Source: a virus
Virus record (IMG/VR): IMGVR_UViG_3300010396_000006
Coordinates: 32,001 to 96,000 of that record
DNA length: 64,000 nucleotides
Reading direction: 5' to 3' (one strand)
The notes under the pieces: model-generated
Told to the model about the DNA's origin: nothing
What the model saw: only the letters and a program-made list of their open reading frames with translations
Database searches by the model: none
Shown here: piece by piece, positions 29,901 through 38,884 of the stretch
Layout of the letters: each line of letters starts with the position of its first letter
How positions within the stretch are numbered: the first letter of the stretch is position 1
Position numbers and translations under genes: made by a program

Positions 29901-30684
29901 TTATGTTCAACACAAGCTGGCTGACACGAATCAGAAGAATACGTATCTTGCTGGTCTGATTTCGGACGGCGGCTTGTGGCCGACCAAGGAAGAAACGGCC
30001 AAGATGGCCCCCGCTTTTGACAGTCTGTTCGCTGAATTCCGCAAACAAAAGTATGGAAGCGAAAATCGGATTGATCAGTCTCGATCGGAAATCAAATCGG
30101 CAGTCTTGGATTTGGTTGGTCAATCCGTCTTTAAATCGTCGCGATGGATCACAATCCATCCGCACGGTGAAGACGCGAAAGGCGTCCATATCCAGATCAA
30201 TGACGACGGCGAGATCCTGTCAGGTCCCGCACATCTTCGCGACAAGGGAATTACCCACATGGGGGATTTCGCGAAGCGGGGAAGCAATCAAGCGGCCGTG
30301 GACGAACTGAAGCCTCACGCTCTCGAATTCCTGACCGAGCAACACAAGCTGAGAGAACATCACAAAGCCGAAGCTCGCAAACTGACTGGCAAGAATGCCG
30401 GCAATCTGGCGATGTCGGAAAACAGCTATCACGATCATTCGGATGCTCATCGATTCGAGACCGCCGCTCGCACATTCGCCCGAGAGAATCCCGATGCTGG
30501 ATTGAATCCAGATGCTCACGACACGCCGGCCAAAGTCTGGGAGCTAATCCGGGAGGGCAAGAAGAAAGCCCCGCTGATCAATTCGAAGGAAGTCCACGAG
30601 ACAGCCAGAGCCTGGGTGAAGAATCACCGAACGAAGCGTGCGCCGGTAGGCACATACGAACACGATTCCGATTGGAACTTCTGA
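23977..30684 (+). CDS. Portal protein fused to polyvalent effector domains (2H phosphoesterase, InPase, Zn ribbon, 3x WITIHP repeat, LPD1 metallopeptidase)
   Basis: HK97-type portal motifs (LLSKPNP, L.LTGGAF, NEAR...MPPL); HVT/HCT; AGNYKK..ENPKGS.R.G..DGDHIDVF..DEHKCMLGF; GVQWGN..GARG..AHYEP..LAHEWGHAFD..FAR.FE.YV. Confidence 0.9.
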   Translation: MSQIMSRRRNRNRRVENYRKNSDRVVEHPNVPAPELNDSQIKSMASQMRAALAGSFGGAQVTNHREEALHYEGNSYVNIAAICAQMMMVTITAYVDGSNQLRQQSVRKSLRGLVGSRWKSQYGVDEASSKQLESDHYLMRLLSKPNPHEPGSMFRYRQTLQLRLTGGAFLWNVPNINGRTCERYVIPTTCLTPVYPDNTLPYGGYRVQPNCMRWIPLVDDGFVIGTPALMRVLGMIIDAREIQKVGYPHPIWLDDFQSPMSAGAQWVDAERSINIARAMGISRGMNPSGFLELSKEYMGIEQDALNITQRKLDRQYGGVNNTGKVIAVAPDTKFTGYDRSPKDMEYHEGYLDHREANQSLHGVHPIITGGQPPGAYAAYYAAMRAFDNNTLTPICDMLAESDTFHIAPQFGEGITIEIEPKPINDEDELNSRLQVDGQLGIIKVNEARALRGMPPLDGAQGEKLCGPTSKDKVGQDQDSDNPSKPKKPKQSGDAPSTPEVQEAEQADVPKAPENPIVGKSESKSLQAAMEGMKEADEDYIQEIVAKALDSRLKAMQPAEKPKRKYSSTQFDLPAGLAEKVQEMAALINPADLASDGIEENPHVTCLYGLTEESPNDVKKAVKGISAGPIVLESLSLFPAGDKLAQHGGEQFDVLKISIGGKFIHEIHNAIAESCEYETDYADYSPHCTIAYLKPGKGRKYVTMNNPVDGMTFIPDKLIFSSKNRTVSAIRLSVLKSVEEQPSEAQITAGNYKKDHITIQGLRISIENPKGSVRSGRDDDGNEWSTKMRNDYGYIKGTKSDSDGDHIDVFVGPNPSSELVFVIDQVNPQSGQHDEHKCMLGFDSKDQAKSAYLENYSKGWKGFGGITPMHMDQFKEWLDSGDSSKGIARKSLTAAFSESEMKGHNPISDIQAIGKRLAESDCGMPGYGQIFIKENGSGQAWYVGGDGDERGFDKTVIQELKKVTGIDEVRYESESFPPDGEGWIQVYPKVSKRKSLGMSEGIGSDGGFAVASEDERCPKCPKCGSRETHHARTDGTGNAICSNCKSIFTDPDYGKQKSVSFPSSEVVPGNNGHQFPKNTLILGGDQVLMPPESELKSKWITIHPGGDKDATGIHILIDEDGEIKGGPAELRDKGIRKMSDFGKEDLKPVKPKDNHEKAAFNASKRADQASADAKESGDLFDHIAAKEAHMHAAAHHSKGGNEDQASYHRKAAQQHGSAATPTAPASNGQLSDEKIIQAMKPSVDRSGMVEAEELRSMPEFAGMSKEKFDQRMMDMAKVDQPGGPKVSLHRYDRAESLSADDKKKMIFDPDAPARFEDGQKGAYYNAVSIRKSLSEMKSHWITIHPHGDEHDGTHVLIDGEGNIEGGPEGLAKRGIHKLSDFGKGGESADKPHETREEWAKRHSDAADHWLHGVNNDLAAVHQEHGDLITKKHMTDSFRNHVNTGRMTPDQYEDHVSKGTILGGHDYERAQHVEQKIHEIKNRPLTVPEPDGKHPYVEPPAKPPEEKPEIRPDIDAPISKKDTPRETAAKQKKIDDDYAFARNSSIPNVGEDVADSARHKRNAWRGLEDAESNGTAESMVTRDNLLKAEPHNLMSHAGKHPLTSLAMHYAMRSFPAKPSSNREVANASDRKDYHEAYQSIKAKAEHLAETESDPRAAAEKLREHVGNHLKGLRERKIPGPTIPVADRYNKTANNLVGMHKALRFASYGRPSANSVHGKMEEFSKAMAGKYGLPEKYEPEAAKQFASHIETHAKDIIDGKSLPQSFGIKGEKKNEFNPADRYVKHAERAGGKDVSHQTATGVSAANSVVNDFGMRGVQWGNSVTDDERHHHAAKVVEALTDLADTLGIKPADLSLGGKLALAIGARGKGTASAHYEPHTQAINLTRASGVGTLAHEWGHAFDHSLENFANRATSAVYHSENYRSSPAMQKLTSDFRSSGFTNRIHSEVRDMVRQGLMSKKKAEYWLSTREQFARCFESYVQHKLADTNQKNTYLAGLISDGGLWPTKEETAKMAPAFDSLFAEFRKQKYGSENRIDQSRSEIKSAVLDLVGQSVFKSSRWITIHPHGEDAKGVHIQINDDGEILSGPAHLRDKGITHMGDFAKRGSNQAAVDELKPHALEFLTEQHKLREHHKAEARKLTGKNAGNLAMSENSYHDHSDAHRFETAARTFARENPDAGLNPDAHDTPAKVWELIREGKKKAPLINSKEVHETARAWVKNHRTKRAPVGTYEHDSDWNF

Positions 30685-30797
30685 TTCATCAATAGCCAGA
30701 CAGTTGCGGAATCTCTAAGATTTCTGCGATTGATCTGGTCCCGTTGATGGAGCATGAAGATGATTCAACGCATGCAAGAAAGGTTTTCAAAATGGAG

Positions 30798-31478
30798 ATG
30801 AATCGACGCTCACTACTCGGAATGATCCTTGGTTCGGCTTGCTCGTTATTATTGCCAACTAAGTCGATATCCGCTGGTTTGAAGTCACTGGAAATTCCGG
30901 TCGATGCGAACGGCATCCCAATTCACTGTTATGTCTGGAACGTGCCAAACATCAACGGCCGGACGTGCCAGAGACATATTATTCCTGTCGACGATCTTGC
31001 ATTGATTAAAGCGAATACGGAGTTGCCTTATAGTGGGTATCGTATCAGCCAATCCCCCAATCGATGGGCATCCATGCCGCTTTATGGGGAAAGCCCGGTT
31101 GAAAATCCATCATTGCGAGTCGCTGGATATATCATTGATGACAGGCAAGTAGAACGAATCTCTCCATCGAATCCATTTCGGCTGAAGTTGCTTTACCATC
31201 ATGACGTCGAGGTATGCTTTATTGACGGGTCTGCCGATGACTCGATCGCCTTCTATCTCGCATGGCAAAGATGCCGCCAAACTCCATCGCAAGAATCGGA
31301 GTTGCGAAAACATTTAGCGAATGGCGACGGCATTGCGATTGGCTTTCGCAAATCAAATTTGATGTCTTTTGTGGCAATCAACCAAGCGGTTATGGACTGC
31401 GGTGTCCCATGCTTTGAGACAGACAAAATGACAGAAAGCGAAAATCGATGCACGCGGACGTATGCTCACGTCAGCTAG
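30798..31478 (+). CDS. Twin-Arg-like leader + portal-derived fragment + FYxxW domain
   Basis: MNRRSLLG; WNVPNINGRTC identical to the portal. Confidence 0.75.
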   Translation: MNRRSLLGMILGSACSLLLPTKSISAGLKSLEIPVDANGIPIHCYVWNVPNINGRTCQRHIIPVDDLALIKANTELPYSGYRISQSPNRWASMPLYGESPVENPSLRVAGYIIDDRQVERISPSNPFRLKLLYHHDVEVCFIDGSADDSIAFYLAWQRCRQTPSQESELRKHLANGDGIAIGFRKSNLMSFVAINQAVMDCGVPCFETDKMTESENRCTRTYAHVS

Positions 31479-31487
31479 GGAATCGCA

Positions 31488-31573
31488 AAATCTTACTGAT
31501 TTCAGTTGACATCCTTGCCGATATCTGGATAGCATTCTGAACATGTGAGCGGGTTGAACCAGTAACTCCCCGC
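31488..31573 (+). promoter_or_regulatory. Promoter module: AAATC-N5-GATTT, TTGACA-18-TAGCAT, CAGTAAC-loop hairpin
   Basis: Seen directly. Confidence 0.75.
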
Positions 31574-31610
31574 GAAATTCTCTTGTTCCTGCTATCAGAA
31601 GGTGCGACGT

Positions 31611-31994
31611 ATGGCAACGAAAAATGGTCCCGAGAATATGTCTGAGTACATCCGAGGATTGTTGAAAAGCGATCCAAGTCGAACGATGTCGAATGTGGTC
31701 GAGTGTCTGGCCGAAGACTATCCAGGCTACAAGGCCAACAAAGGAAGCCTGTCGGTCGGCTTTTACACGATGCGAAAGAAGCTCGGTATCACGTCAGGGC
31801 GCAAGGCTCGCGGCAAGTCACAACGGAAGCCGATCAAGGTTCATCGACCAGTATCCATTCGTGGAGGGACGATAACCGGAGTCCGTCTTTCAATCGATCA
31901 TCTGGCGTCTGCCGCAAAGTTCGTCGGTGAAGTCGGCGGGTTCAAAGCCGCGATTGAATCCGTCAAGCAAGTCCAGACGGTTCAGGTTCGCTGA
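31611..31994 (+). CDS. Basic putative DNA-binding protein resembling a planctomycete family
   Basis: NMSEYIRGLL...; C-terminal L.SAAKFV.EVGG..AA. Confidence 0.6.
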   Translation: MATKNGPENMSEYIRGLLKSDPSRTMSNVVECLAEDYPGYKANKGSLSVGFYTMRKKLGITSGRKARGKSQRKPIKVHRPVSIRGGTITGVRLSIDHLASAAKFVGEVGGFKAAIESVKQVQTVQVR

Positions 31995-32010
31995 TCATTG
32001 GTTGGTTGTG

Positions 32011-32038
32011 ATGGAGCAAGGAGGCTCCATTTTCTTTT
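32011..32038 (+). terminator. Intrinsic terminator
   Basis: ATGGAGC/GCTCCAT stem followed by TTTCTTTT. Confidence 0.6.
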
Positions 32039-32050
32039 GGAGAGATTCGA

Positions 32051-33416
32051 ATGTCGGATGATCTATTCCGCATCAATCCAAATGCATTCGACGATCCAGC
32101 GTTGGCGGCATGGCGTGACGAACTGATCAAAGTCGGGCCGATGCGAGTCGGGCTGCCAATCAAAACAGAAAGTGAAACCATGCCGAAATATGCATACAGA
32201 GCATCCAGCGGTGACTGTGAAATCGGGCATCATGTGACATGCGATCAGGACAAGGTGATCAGCCATGTCGTAAGCATGGTTCGACATTCGCGTTATCCAG
32301 ATCGATCAGACGCCATTGAGATTCACAACGATTCTACCGGGGAACACATCTGCATCTTGGCGTTCCACAAATCGCGGGTGATTGCGATCTATCCGAATTG
32401 CGTAACGACTTGGGCCAACGGATCAGAGTTATCTCTTAAATTGTTGGACGAACCAGTATCAGTCGATGCCAAATTCCACGACAACCGCATTGGGCAAAAG
32501 TGCTGGTATTATGTCTATGATTTCAAAGCCAGAGCCGCCGGCCCGTGGCTTCAAGGGTTCCTTCGCATGTGGGGAACCGACTTCATAGAGTTCGAAAGTG
32601 GTACTGGATTGTTTCCGATTGCCGTGATCGAGGATGATGAAACCGGAAAGTGTTGTTCTGTTCCGGTGGATCAAGTTCATTTCTCAGCAACAAAGCCAGA
32701 AAACGAGACGCCATGAACAAGGAACAGCGGGACGCATTGAAAGAAAAGATCGAAGAATTCGATGATCGAGAGAGGCGAATCGCGATCATCAAAGAAATCT
32801 TTCGACAATGCGAAGGTTCATCGCATTGCATGCACCTCAAGGATATGACGGATTTCTTGCGTGAGTGTGCGCCGGAGGAATCGGTCATGTTGGCCGTAGT
32901 CGCCTTGCGTCCGATTCTCCAGGCGATCTTGGAACGCGACATCAAGGCGATTCAGGAACTCCGTCCGGAACTCTGAAAGGCGGATTGCAGGATGCTCAAT
33001 CGTTTACTCGCATGGTTCAGGCTGAATGGATCGAAAATCGGAACCTATTCTGAGTTTGAAGATTGCTGGCTCGGCTATTATGGAAAGCCGATTTATGAGC
33101 CACCGGCCATGATCGAAGCCGCAAAACAGCAGATCATCGACCGAGACGGCACAATCAACGAGATTCGCAATCTGTATGGATTGCCGTCATTGATCCAATT
33201 TGAAAGGCCTTATTCGTCATGTGGGACCGAGATCGCATCAGACAAGCCGCAATGAAGCTCTGTCGCATCCGTGGCCTCAATCCGAACGAAGTGATCCAGG
33301 CCGCATGCCCAGAGATTGAGAACGACAAGAACGTCTATATGTGGGAATCGGTCGTTGGTGAGATCCGCCGAGCCGTGGAAGTTCAGGAAGCAATCGAGTT
33401 CGCGAAAGGCCTGTAA
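32051..33416 (+). other. Four hypothetical genes (32051-32716, 32713-32976, 32992-33255, 33252-33416)
   Basis: Tightly packed ORFs with ATGA overlaps. Confidence 0.6.
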
Positions 33417-33450
33417 CTCAATTGCGTCATCTAAAACAGGAAAGATTCCA

Positions 33451-34125
33451 ATGTACGAACGATTCACGGATCGGGCCGCGAAAATAATGCAATTGGCCAA
33501 TCAAGAAGCCCAGCGATTCAATCATGAATACATCGGGACCGAACATATTCTGTTGGGACTCGTGAAAGAGGGTTCAGGTGTTGCGTCAAACGTCTTGAGA
33601 AATCTGGACATCGACTTACGCAAGATCCGCTTGGAAGTTGAAAAGATGGTCGGAAGCGGTCCCGATATGATCACAATGGGAAAGCTGCCTCGGACGCCAG
33701 GGGCGAAGCGGGTTGTTGAACTGGCGATCGAGTCCGCGAATGCACTCGGGACAAATTACGTCGGGACCGAACATCTGTTGCTTGGTCTGATCGGCGAGAG
33801 TGAAGGCATTGCGTTCCAAGTGTTGCAGAAACTTGGTGCTACAAATGACAAGGTGATTGCCGAGTGGGAATCGCTGATGGGCCAGACAGCGCCCGGCAGA
33901 TCAACAAAGCCAGTTCGGGAACCACTGGCGTTTGTTTTCGCGAATTATCCCCAAGCGTACGTTCCGATATTCGATACGCCGCGGAGCATGCCTCCGGTCA
34001 TGGAGGAAGTGATCACGATTCTCGGCGTGTCCATGTGGAACGGTCGGGAATGGGTCTCGCGCTTCGGTGCCAAATGCGACCAGAAGTTGATCAAATGGTG
34101 GATACCGTTGTTCAATGTGGTTTGA
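33451..34125 (+). CDS. Stand-alone ClpC N-terminal (Clp repeat) domain fused to an unrelated short C-terminus
   Basis: MYERFTDRA.KIMQLANQEAQRFNHEYIGTEHILLGL...YVGTEHLLLGL; no AAA+ domain. Confidence 0.9.
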   Translation: MYERFTDRAAKIMQLANQEAQRFNHEYIGTEHILLGLVKEGSGVASNVLRNLDIDLRKIRLEVEKMVGSGPDMITMGKLPRTPGAKRVVELAIESANALGTNYVGTEHLLLGLIGESEGIAFQVLQKLGATNDKVIAEWESLMGQTAPGRSTKPVREPLAFVFANYPQAYVPIFDTPRSMPPVMEEVITILGVSMWNGREWVSRFGAKCDQKLIKWWIPLFNVV

Positions 34126-34148
34126 TCGTCGCGTCGAAAGGATTGGTG

Positions 34149-34603
34149 ATGCGCAAATACATCGTATGGAGGCGAAAGAACGATCAGGCCAAATGCACAA
34201 AGACCGGGCATGACGTCAAGGCCCTGACGCAATCCGAGGCCGACACGAAGATGAGGCGAATGCTTCAGAACCTGGGCGAAGTGGCTCAGTTGATCGCAAG
34301 ACCAGTCGGTGTCGATCCGAACGACAAGTAAATCGGAAAATCATGCAACCGATCGAACTCAGAATTGCCGTCGTCCTCGCCGCATGCGATTCGCCATACA
34401 GTTATGGCTACATCGACACAAAATGGTATGGGTCAAATCGATTCCGCCAAGGCATGCGATACTTTTGGAAGTTCACGAATAATGGCTGGCGGTTCATCAG
34501 TCGATTTCGAGCCGCTGATTCAATGCAAACACGGAAGCTGCCTGAGTGGCAAAAGAACTCGCACGATCGGAGGTACGTCAGACTGCCATCGACGTATGGT
34601 TAG
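34149..34603 (+). other. Two small hypothetical genes (34149-34331, 34343-34603)
   Basis: Packed ORFs. Confidence 0.5.
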
Positions 34604-34641
34604 CGACAAGACAACTGTCTCCAGAAAGTGATTCTCCGTGG

Positions 34642-34679
34642 CAGACCGCTCGACCCACTAGCGAGCGGTCTGTTTCATT
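34642..34679 (+). terminator. Intrinsic terminator
   Basis: CAGACCGCTCG/CGAGCGGTCTG stem followed by TTTCATT. Confidence 0.6.
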
Positions 34680-34698
34680 GGTCGAAAAGAAATTATAG

Positions 34699-34810
34699 AA
34701 ATCTTTTTGATTTTCCGATAAAATCGACGCCTCGATCTTGAATAGGAAAATCTTTCTGATTATCATCGGCCCATCGCAACGCGACTGATGACAGTAACCA
34801 TCAGAAACGC
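34699..34810 (+). promoter_or_regulatory. Promoter module: two AATC-N5-GATT sites, TTGAAT-17-TATCAT, CAGTAAC-loop hairpin
   Basis: Seen directly. Confidence 0.75.
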
Positions 34811-34846
34811 TGATTCTTGCGAAGAGATCTCTGAAGGAATTCGACT

Positions 34847-35593
34847 ATGTCTGAATCAACTCTCATTCTGCATCGTGGGGCCAAGATCGTCAGCCGTGAA
34901 CAAGTGGCCGCTGTGCCTCTGATCGAATCGACCGATACCTATTTTCCGACGCCACATATCGAAGTCTTGGAAACCGCAGAGCGAACATTGAAGACCGCTG
35001 GATTCGAAATCAGCAAAAGCCAGTTGGCCTTGAGTGCTGACGGAGCCAGATTCTTCGGTACACTGGATCTGCAAAGTTCGATCGTCGAAGGCGTCTCGCT
35101 GGCGATAGGCGTTCGCAACTCGATCGACAAGATGTTCCCGATCTCCCTGACGGCCGGCTCCCGAGTGTTCGTTTGTGACAATCTGGCCTTCAGTTCAGAA
35201 ATCTATGTGGCCAAGCGTCACACGAAGTTCGGGAAACTGCGATTCGACGAAGGGATTGCGAAATCGATGCAATCGCTCGGTCAGTTCAAGCAACTAGAAG
35301 CGAAGCGGATCGAGCATTACCAAGCCTGTGAGATGACCGATCATCAGGCTGAATCATTCCTGTTGCGAGCGTATGAAGCCGAGATCCTGACTCACTTCAC
35401 GTTGCCAACCGCGATCAAGGAATGGCGCAAGCCGAGTCATGAGGAATTCGCCAAGCGAAATGCGTGGTGTGCTTTCAACGCGATCACGGAAAGTCTGAAG
35501 GTACGACAGAGCAATCCTCAGAAGTTCGCTGGCCTGACGATGAAGCTATACGGGTTGCTTGATTCGACGGTCGGATTCAGTACTGCGATCTAG
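34847..35593 (+). CDS. DUF932-family phage/plasmid protein
   Basis: TYFPTPH..RFFG..IGVRNS.D...AG.RVFVCDNL.F...RHT...W..FNA.TE. Confidence 0.8.
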   Translation: MSESTLILHRGAKIVSREQVAAVPLIESTDTYFPTPHIEVLETAERTLKTAGFEISKSQLALSADGARFFGTLDLQSSIVEGVSLAIGVRNSIDKMFPISLTAGSRVFVCDNLAFSSEIYVAKRHTKFGKLRFDEGIAKSMQSLGQFKQLEAKRIEHYQACEMTDHQAESFLLRAYEAEILTHFTLPTAIKEWRKPSHEEFAKRNAWCAFNAITESLKVRQSNPQKFAGLTMKLYGLLDSTVGFSTAI

Positions 35594-35674
35594 TCGCGGC
35601 CTGCTGCTCTCCCCGCTCAATTGTGGGCGGGGACTGTTGTGCGCCGAAAGACAATCTTGAACGGAGAGAACACA

Positions 35675-37255
35675 ATGCCGCGAATCTACTCATCTGCCAA
35701 TGATCCGCTCGACTTCTGCAAACGATGCTTTCCAAAAACCGAATCCGCCGCCGAGAAGAAATACGCTCAAGACGGACCGGGTCCGGACAATCGTGGCAAT
35801 TGTTTCACCTATGATGCTGATCATCCGCCCTATGAATGCGAAGATTACAGGTGCCACAAATGCAACAAGCTTCTGACCGAGGTCGATAATTACACCCAAA
35901 GCTGAGTGATCCTTGCAAAGCGAATGGTGTCAGTATTGACGAACATGGAAAGGTTCGTAGGACTGGAGACATCCAAATTATGATCAAACGCATTACGGTA
36001 CAGGATGAATCGGAACGCTGCGGCTATTGTGGCTCGAAGTGTTCTCAGGGCGAAATCATGTGGCGAGACGATCAGACTGGCGCTGTCGGTTGCAGTCGTC
36101 GTTGTTGCGTGGATGCCGCCGGAGCTAAAACCCAAGTCATCCATCGTCAGCAATTAATCAGCGGACTCGGCCCAACGTATTCGCTTCTGGTCGGGAATTG
36201 ATATCCTGTTGAGGCATTGAACCATGTCACCGGCGGCAGGGGAGTGGCGAAATATACTCCCCTGCCGCTCCCGCCTCTCAAAAGGAATTGAACTCGATGA
36301 AAGTGATTGAAACACTCACGCTCGAACAGAATCAGCAACTGGCGTTAATGCTCAAGATGACGGCTGCTATCTCAACGCGGTTCTCAGAGTTCGAATCGAC
36401 CGAACAGCAGATGATCGAAACGCTCGTTCTGAGCGGCATCAGTGGTCTGATCGGCCTTGGTTCAAACACGGAGATTCACAATCAGACCATTCGAAGCGGA
36501 GCGTTGTTTCGAATCTATGATGAAGTGATGTCGCTGGTGAAAGAGCGGATTGAGGCCGCGATCTTCGAGGCGACACCGCTGGACACGTCAACAGAAATAT
36601 CGACCATTTCATCTTTAGAAACAAGGGCCGGCTAATGGGCAGATCTGCACAGATCATATTGAAGTCAACCCGACGATCGGCATCGGCCGTTATCGGCCTG
36701 CTGGATCTTCTGGGAATGTTTTGTCGATCTGAAAAGGAGTTATTGACTTCGTCGACAGTCTTGCTGATTTCGGAGATATGCGCATCCCTGGAACTGCCTC
36801 TCGAACTCATGAAGGGGAAATTGACCGATCCAGACGTCGTCGATCGTATGGCCAACGATATATTTGAATTCGCAAAAGAACGGATTGAGAAAGAGGCCAG
36901 ACAGGCAACATCCAGCAATTGATTCGGAACGTGGACAGTTCCGACTGAGGGTTAATTGATGTGCAACTTCGTCCAGTTTGTTCGGTGGCACAACTGCACT
37001 GAATCTGAGTCGCTGGAGCTGTGGCAGCATCTGGGAACGAGGAGATTTTTGAAGATGATGAAAGATGGTCCTCCAAAGGCTGAAGTGATTGCCGGTGTCT
37101 GCCCGAATTGCGGGGAGAAATTCGCTGAGTTGAAAGACGGCAAGATTCCAACCCACGACTTTCCCCGGCCGTGCCGAGCAGTGTGCCGAGGGTCTAATCA
37201 ACAGCCGCGGCATCCCGACGACAAGTCGCTGTTGTGGTGCGATGGTGGCCAATAA
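35675..37255 (+). other. Five small hypothetical genes, several Cys-rich; 36297-36635 and 36635-36922 look like tandem paralogs
   Basis: CxxC pairs; shared ..KERIE C-terminal helix. Confidence 0.55.
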
Positions 37256-38415
37256 CTGCGGGTAATGACTGAGTTCTGACGGCTGTTTTGACGGAACATT
37301 TCGCATTCTGTGAGGAGGAATGATCGGTGAGACAGGTTGTTGACCGAATTACCTGCGATGACTGCGGTCGAGTCTACGAATTTGAGGCACTACGTACCGG
37401 CACGTCGCCCATCATCGCTCGATTTGATTCTCTCACGGAATGGCTAAAGCGACTCGGTTGGAATTGCCGGCCAATGGAAAACAGCCGATTTGCGTTTGAA
37501 GACAAGTGTCCCGACTGCATCCAGAGAAAGTGAATGGAGGATTGATGCGTTTTTTGGCGGCATTCTGGGGATCATTTGCAGTCGGTTTTTTGGGCTGCAT
37601 GGCGTGGCTGTATTTCAGTCTTTTTGACTCATCTGATCCGTCGTGGACAGACAGCTTCGGCTTCGGCGTGATTCTGATCTGCCCATTGGCAGGCGTGGCC
37701 CTCGGGGTAATTGCGACGGCCGTCGATCTGGTCGCCGTCGTTGCTTCGAAGTATTCGAGGAGAGGCTAAATGGATGACAAAAGGGTCGTGCGATTACTTG
37801 GGTTCTTGATGATTGGTTTGGCGATAGTCGCCGCAGCAACTTGCAGCAGTGGCGGATTCTCGGGAGGAACGTCCGGGCGGCTGAATAGGACGGCAATTTG
37901 GCCCGGCGGATTCGATCCGGGCAAGACGTGTCTTCCGTAACGACGCAACTAATCAGGTTCTATGAAGGGAGTGCGAACGTCGGCCACTTGGGCGGAATAC
38001 GTGTGGTGGTGAGGGATCAGTCCATTGAGCACGTCGCGAACTTCAATAATCGACCCAGAGACGTGACAGGCCGGAGAGACGGCCAATTTGAATTCATGTC
38101 CCGACCTGGGAGGGGAAGAGCGATGAGTCTCACGGCGTTGGAAAAATGCGATATTCGAAAATCGAACGCGGAGAGGATTCGCACCTTGTGGAGGGCGATG
38201 ACGCCAGTCCAGGGAGAGCAGCGAGTCATCTACCAATGTGGCGACTGCAAGAAATTGTTCGGCCGTCGCTTCGTTCCGTATGGCCTTGGCTACGGGCTTA
38301 CTGTTGGGTCGTGCGTATGCCAGTTGACTGGTCATCGTCCGATGCATGAAGTCGCTTCAAAGAATCCGTAGACGATAGCTGTTTGGTTCTGCGATCGGTT
38401 TTAGAGGGTAACTGA

Positions 38416-38859
38416 ATGATCAAATCCATTCCGAATATGCCGAAGCAAACCACGCCCACGAACTGCTTTTCGGCGTGTCTTGCGTCCGTCCTGGGCTGCT
38501 CGATCGAGAATGTTCCGTCAGGTGCCGACGGCGCGTCGTGGGATTGGGACGCCGTTCAACTGTGGCTTGCTGCCGAATTCGGTCTCCAGTTGCTGGAAGT
38601 GACATTCGGCGAAGGCGGGACGATCTATCCGATACCGGTTCGCGTGCCGTGCATCATTACTGGAAATTCGCCGCGTGAGTGCGTTACCGGTCGGCACGCC
38701 GTTGTGGCTGAAGCGATTGGTCTGGATGGATTCTGCGTGATCCACGACCCGCACGCGTCTAACGATGGACTGGATGGCGAGCCGACGCATGCGTGTTTCT
38801 TCGTTCCGATCAAGGTGACGGACGTATTCATGCACGAGCGAGAAAATGTTGAGCGGTAA
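38416..38859 (+). CDS. Peptidase C39-like (papain-fold) protein
   Basis: QTTPTNCFSACLASVLG...HAVV...IHDP. Confidence 0.6.
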   Translation: MIKSIPNMPKQTTPTNCFSACLASVLGCSIENVPSGADGASWDWDAVQLWLAAEFGLQLLEVTFGEGGTIYPIPVRVPCIITGNSPRECVTGRHAVVAEAIGLDGFCVIHDPHASNDGLDGEPTHACFFVPIKVTDVFMHERENVER

Positions 38860-38884
38860 ATTTCGCATTCTGATTGGAGGATTG

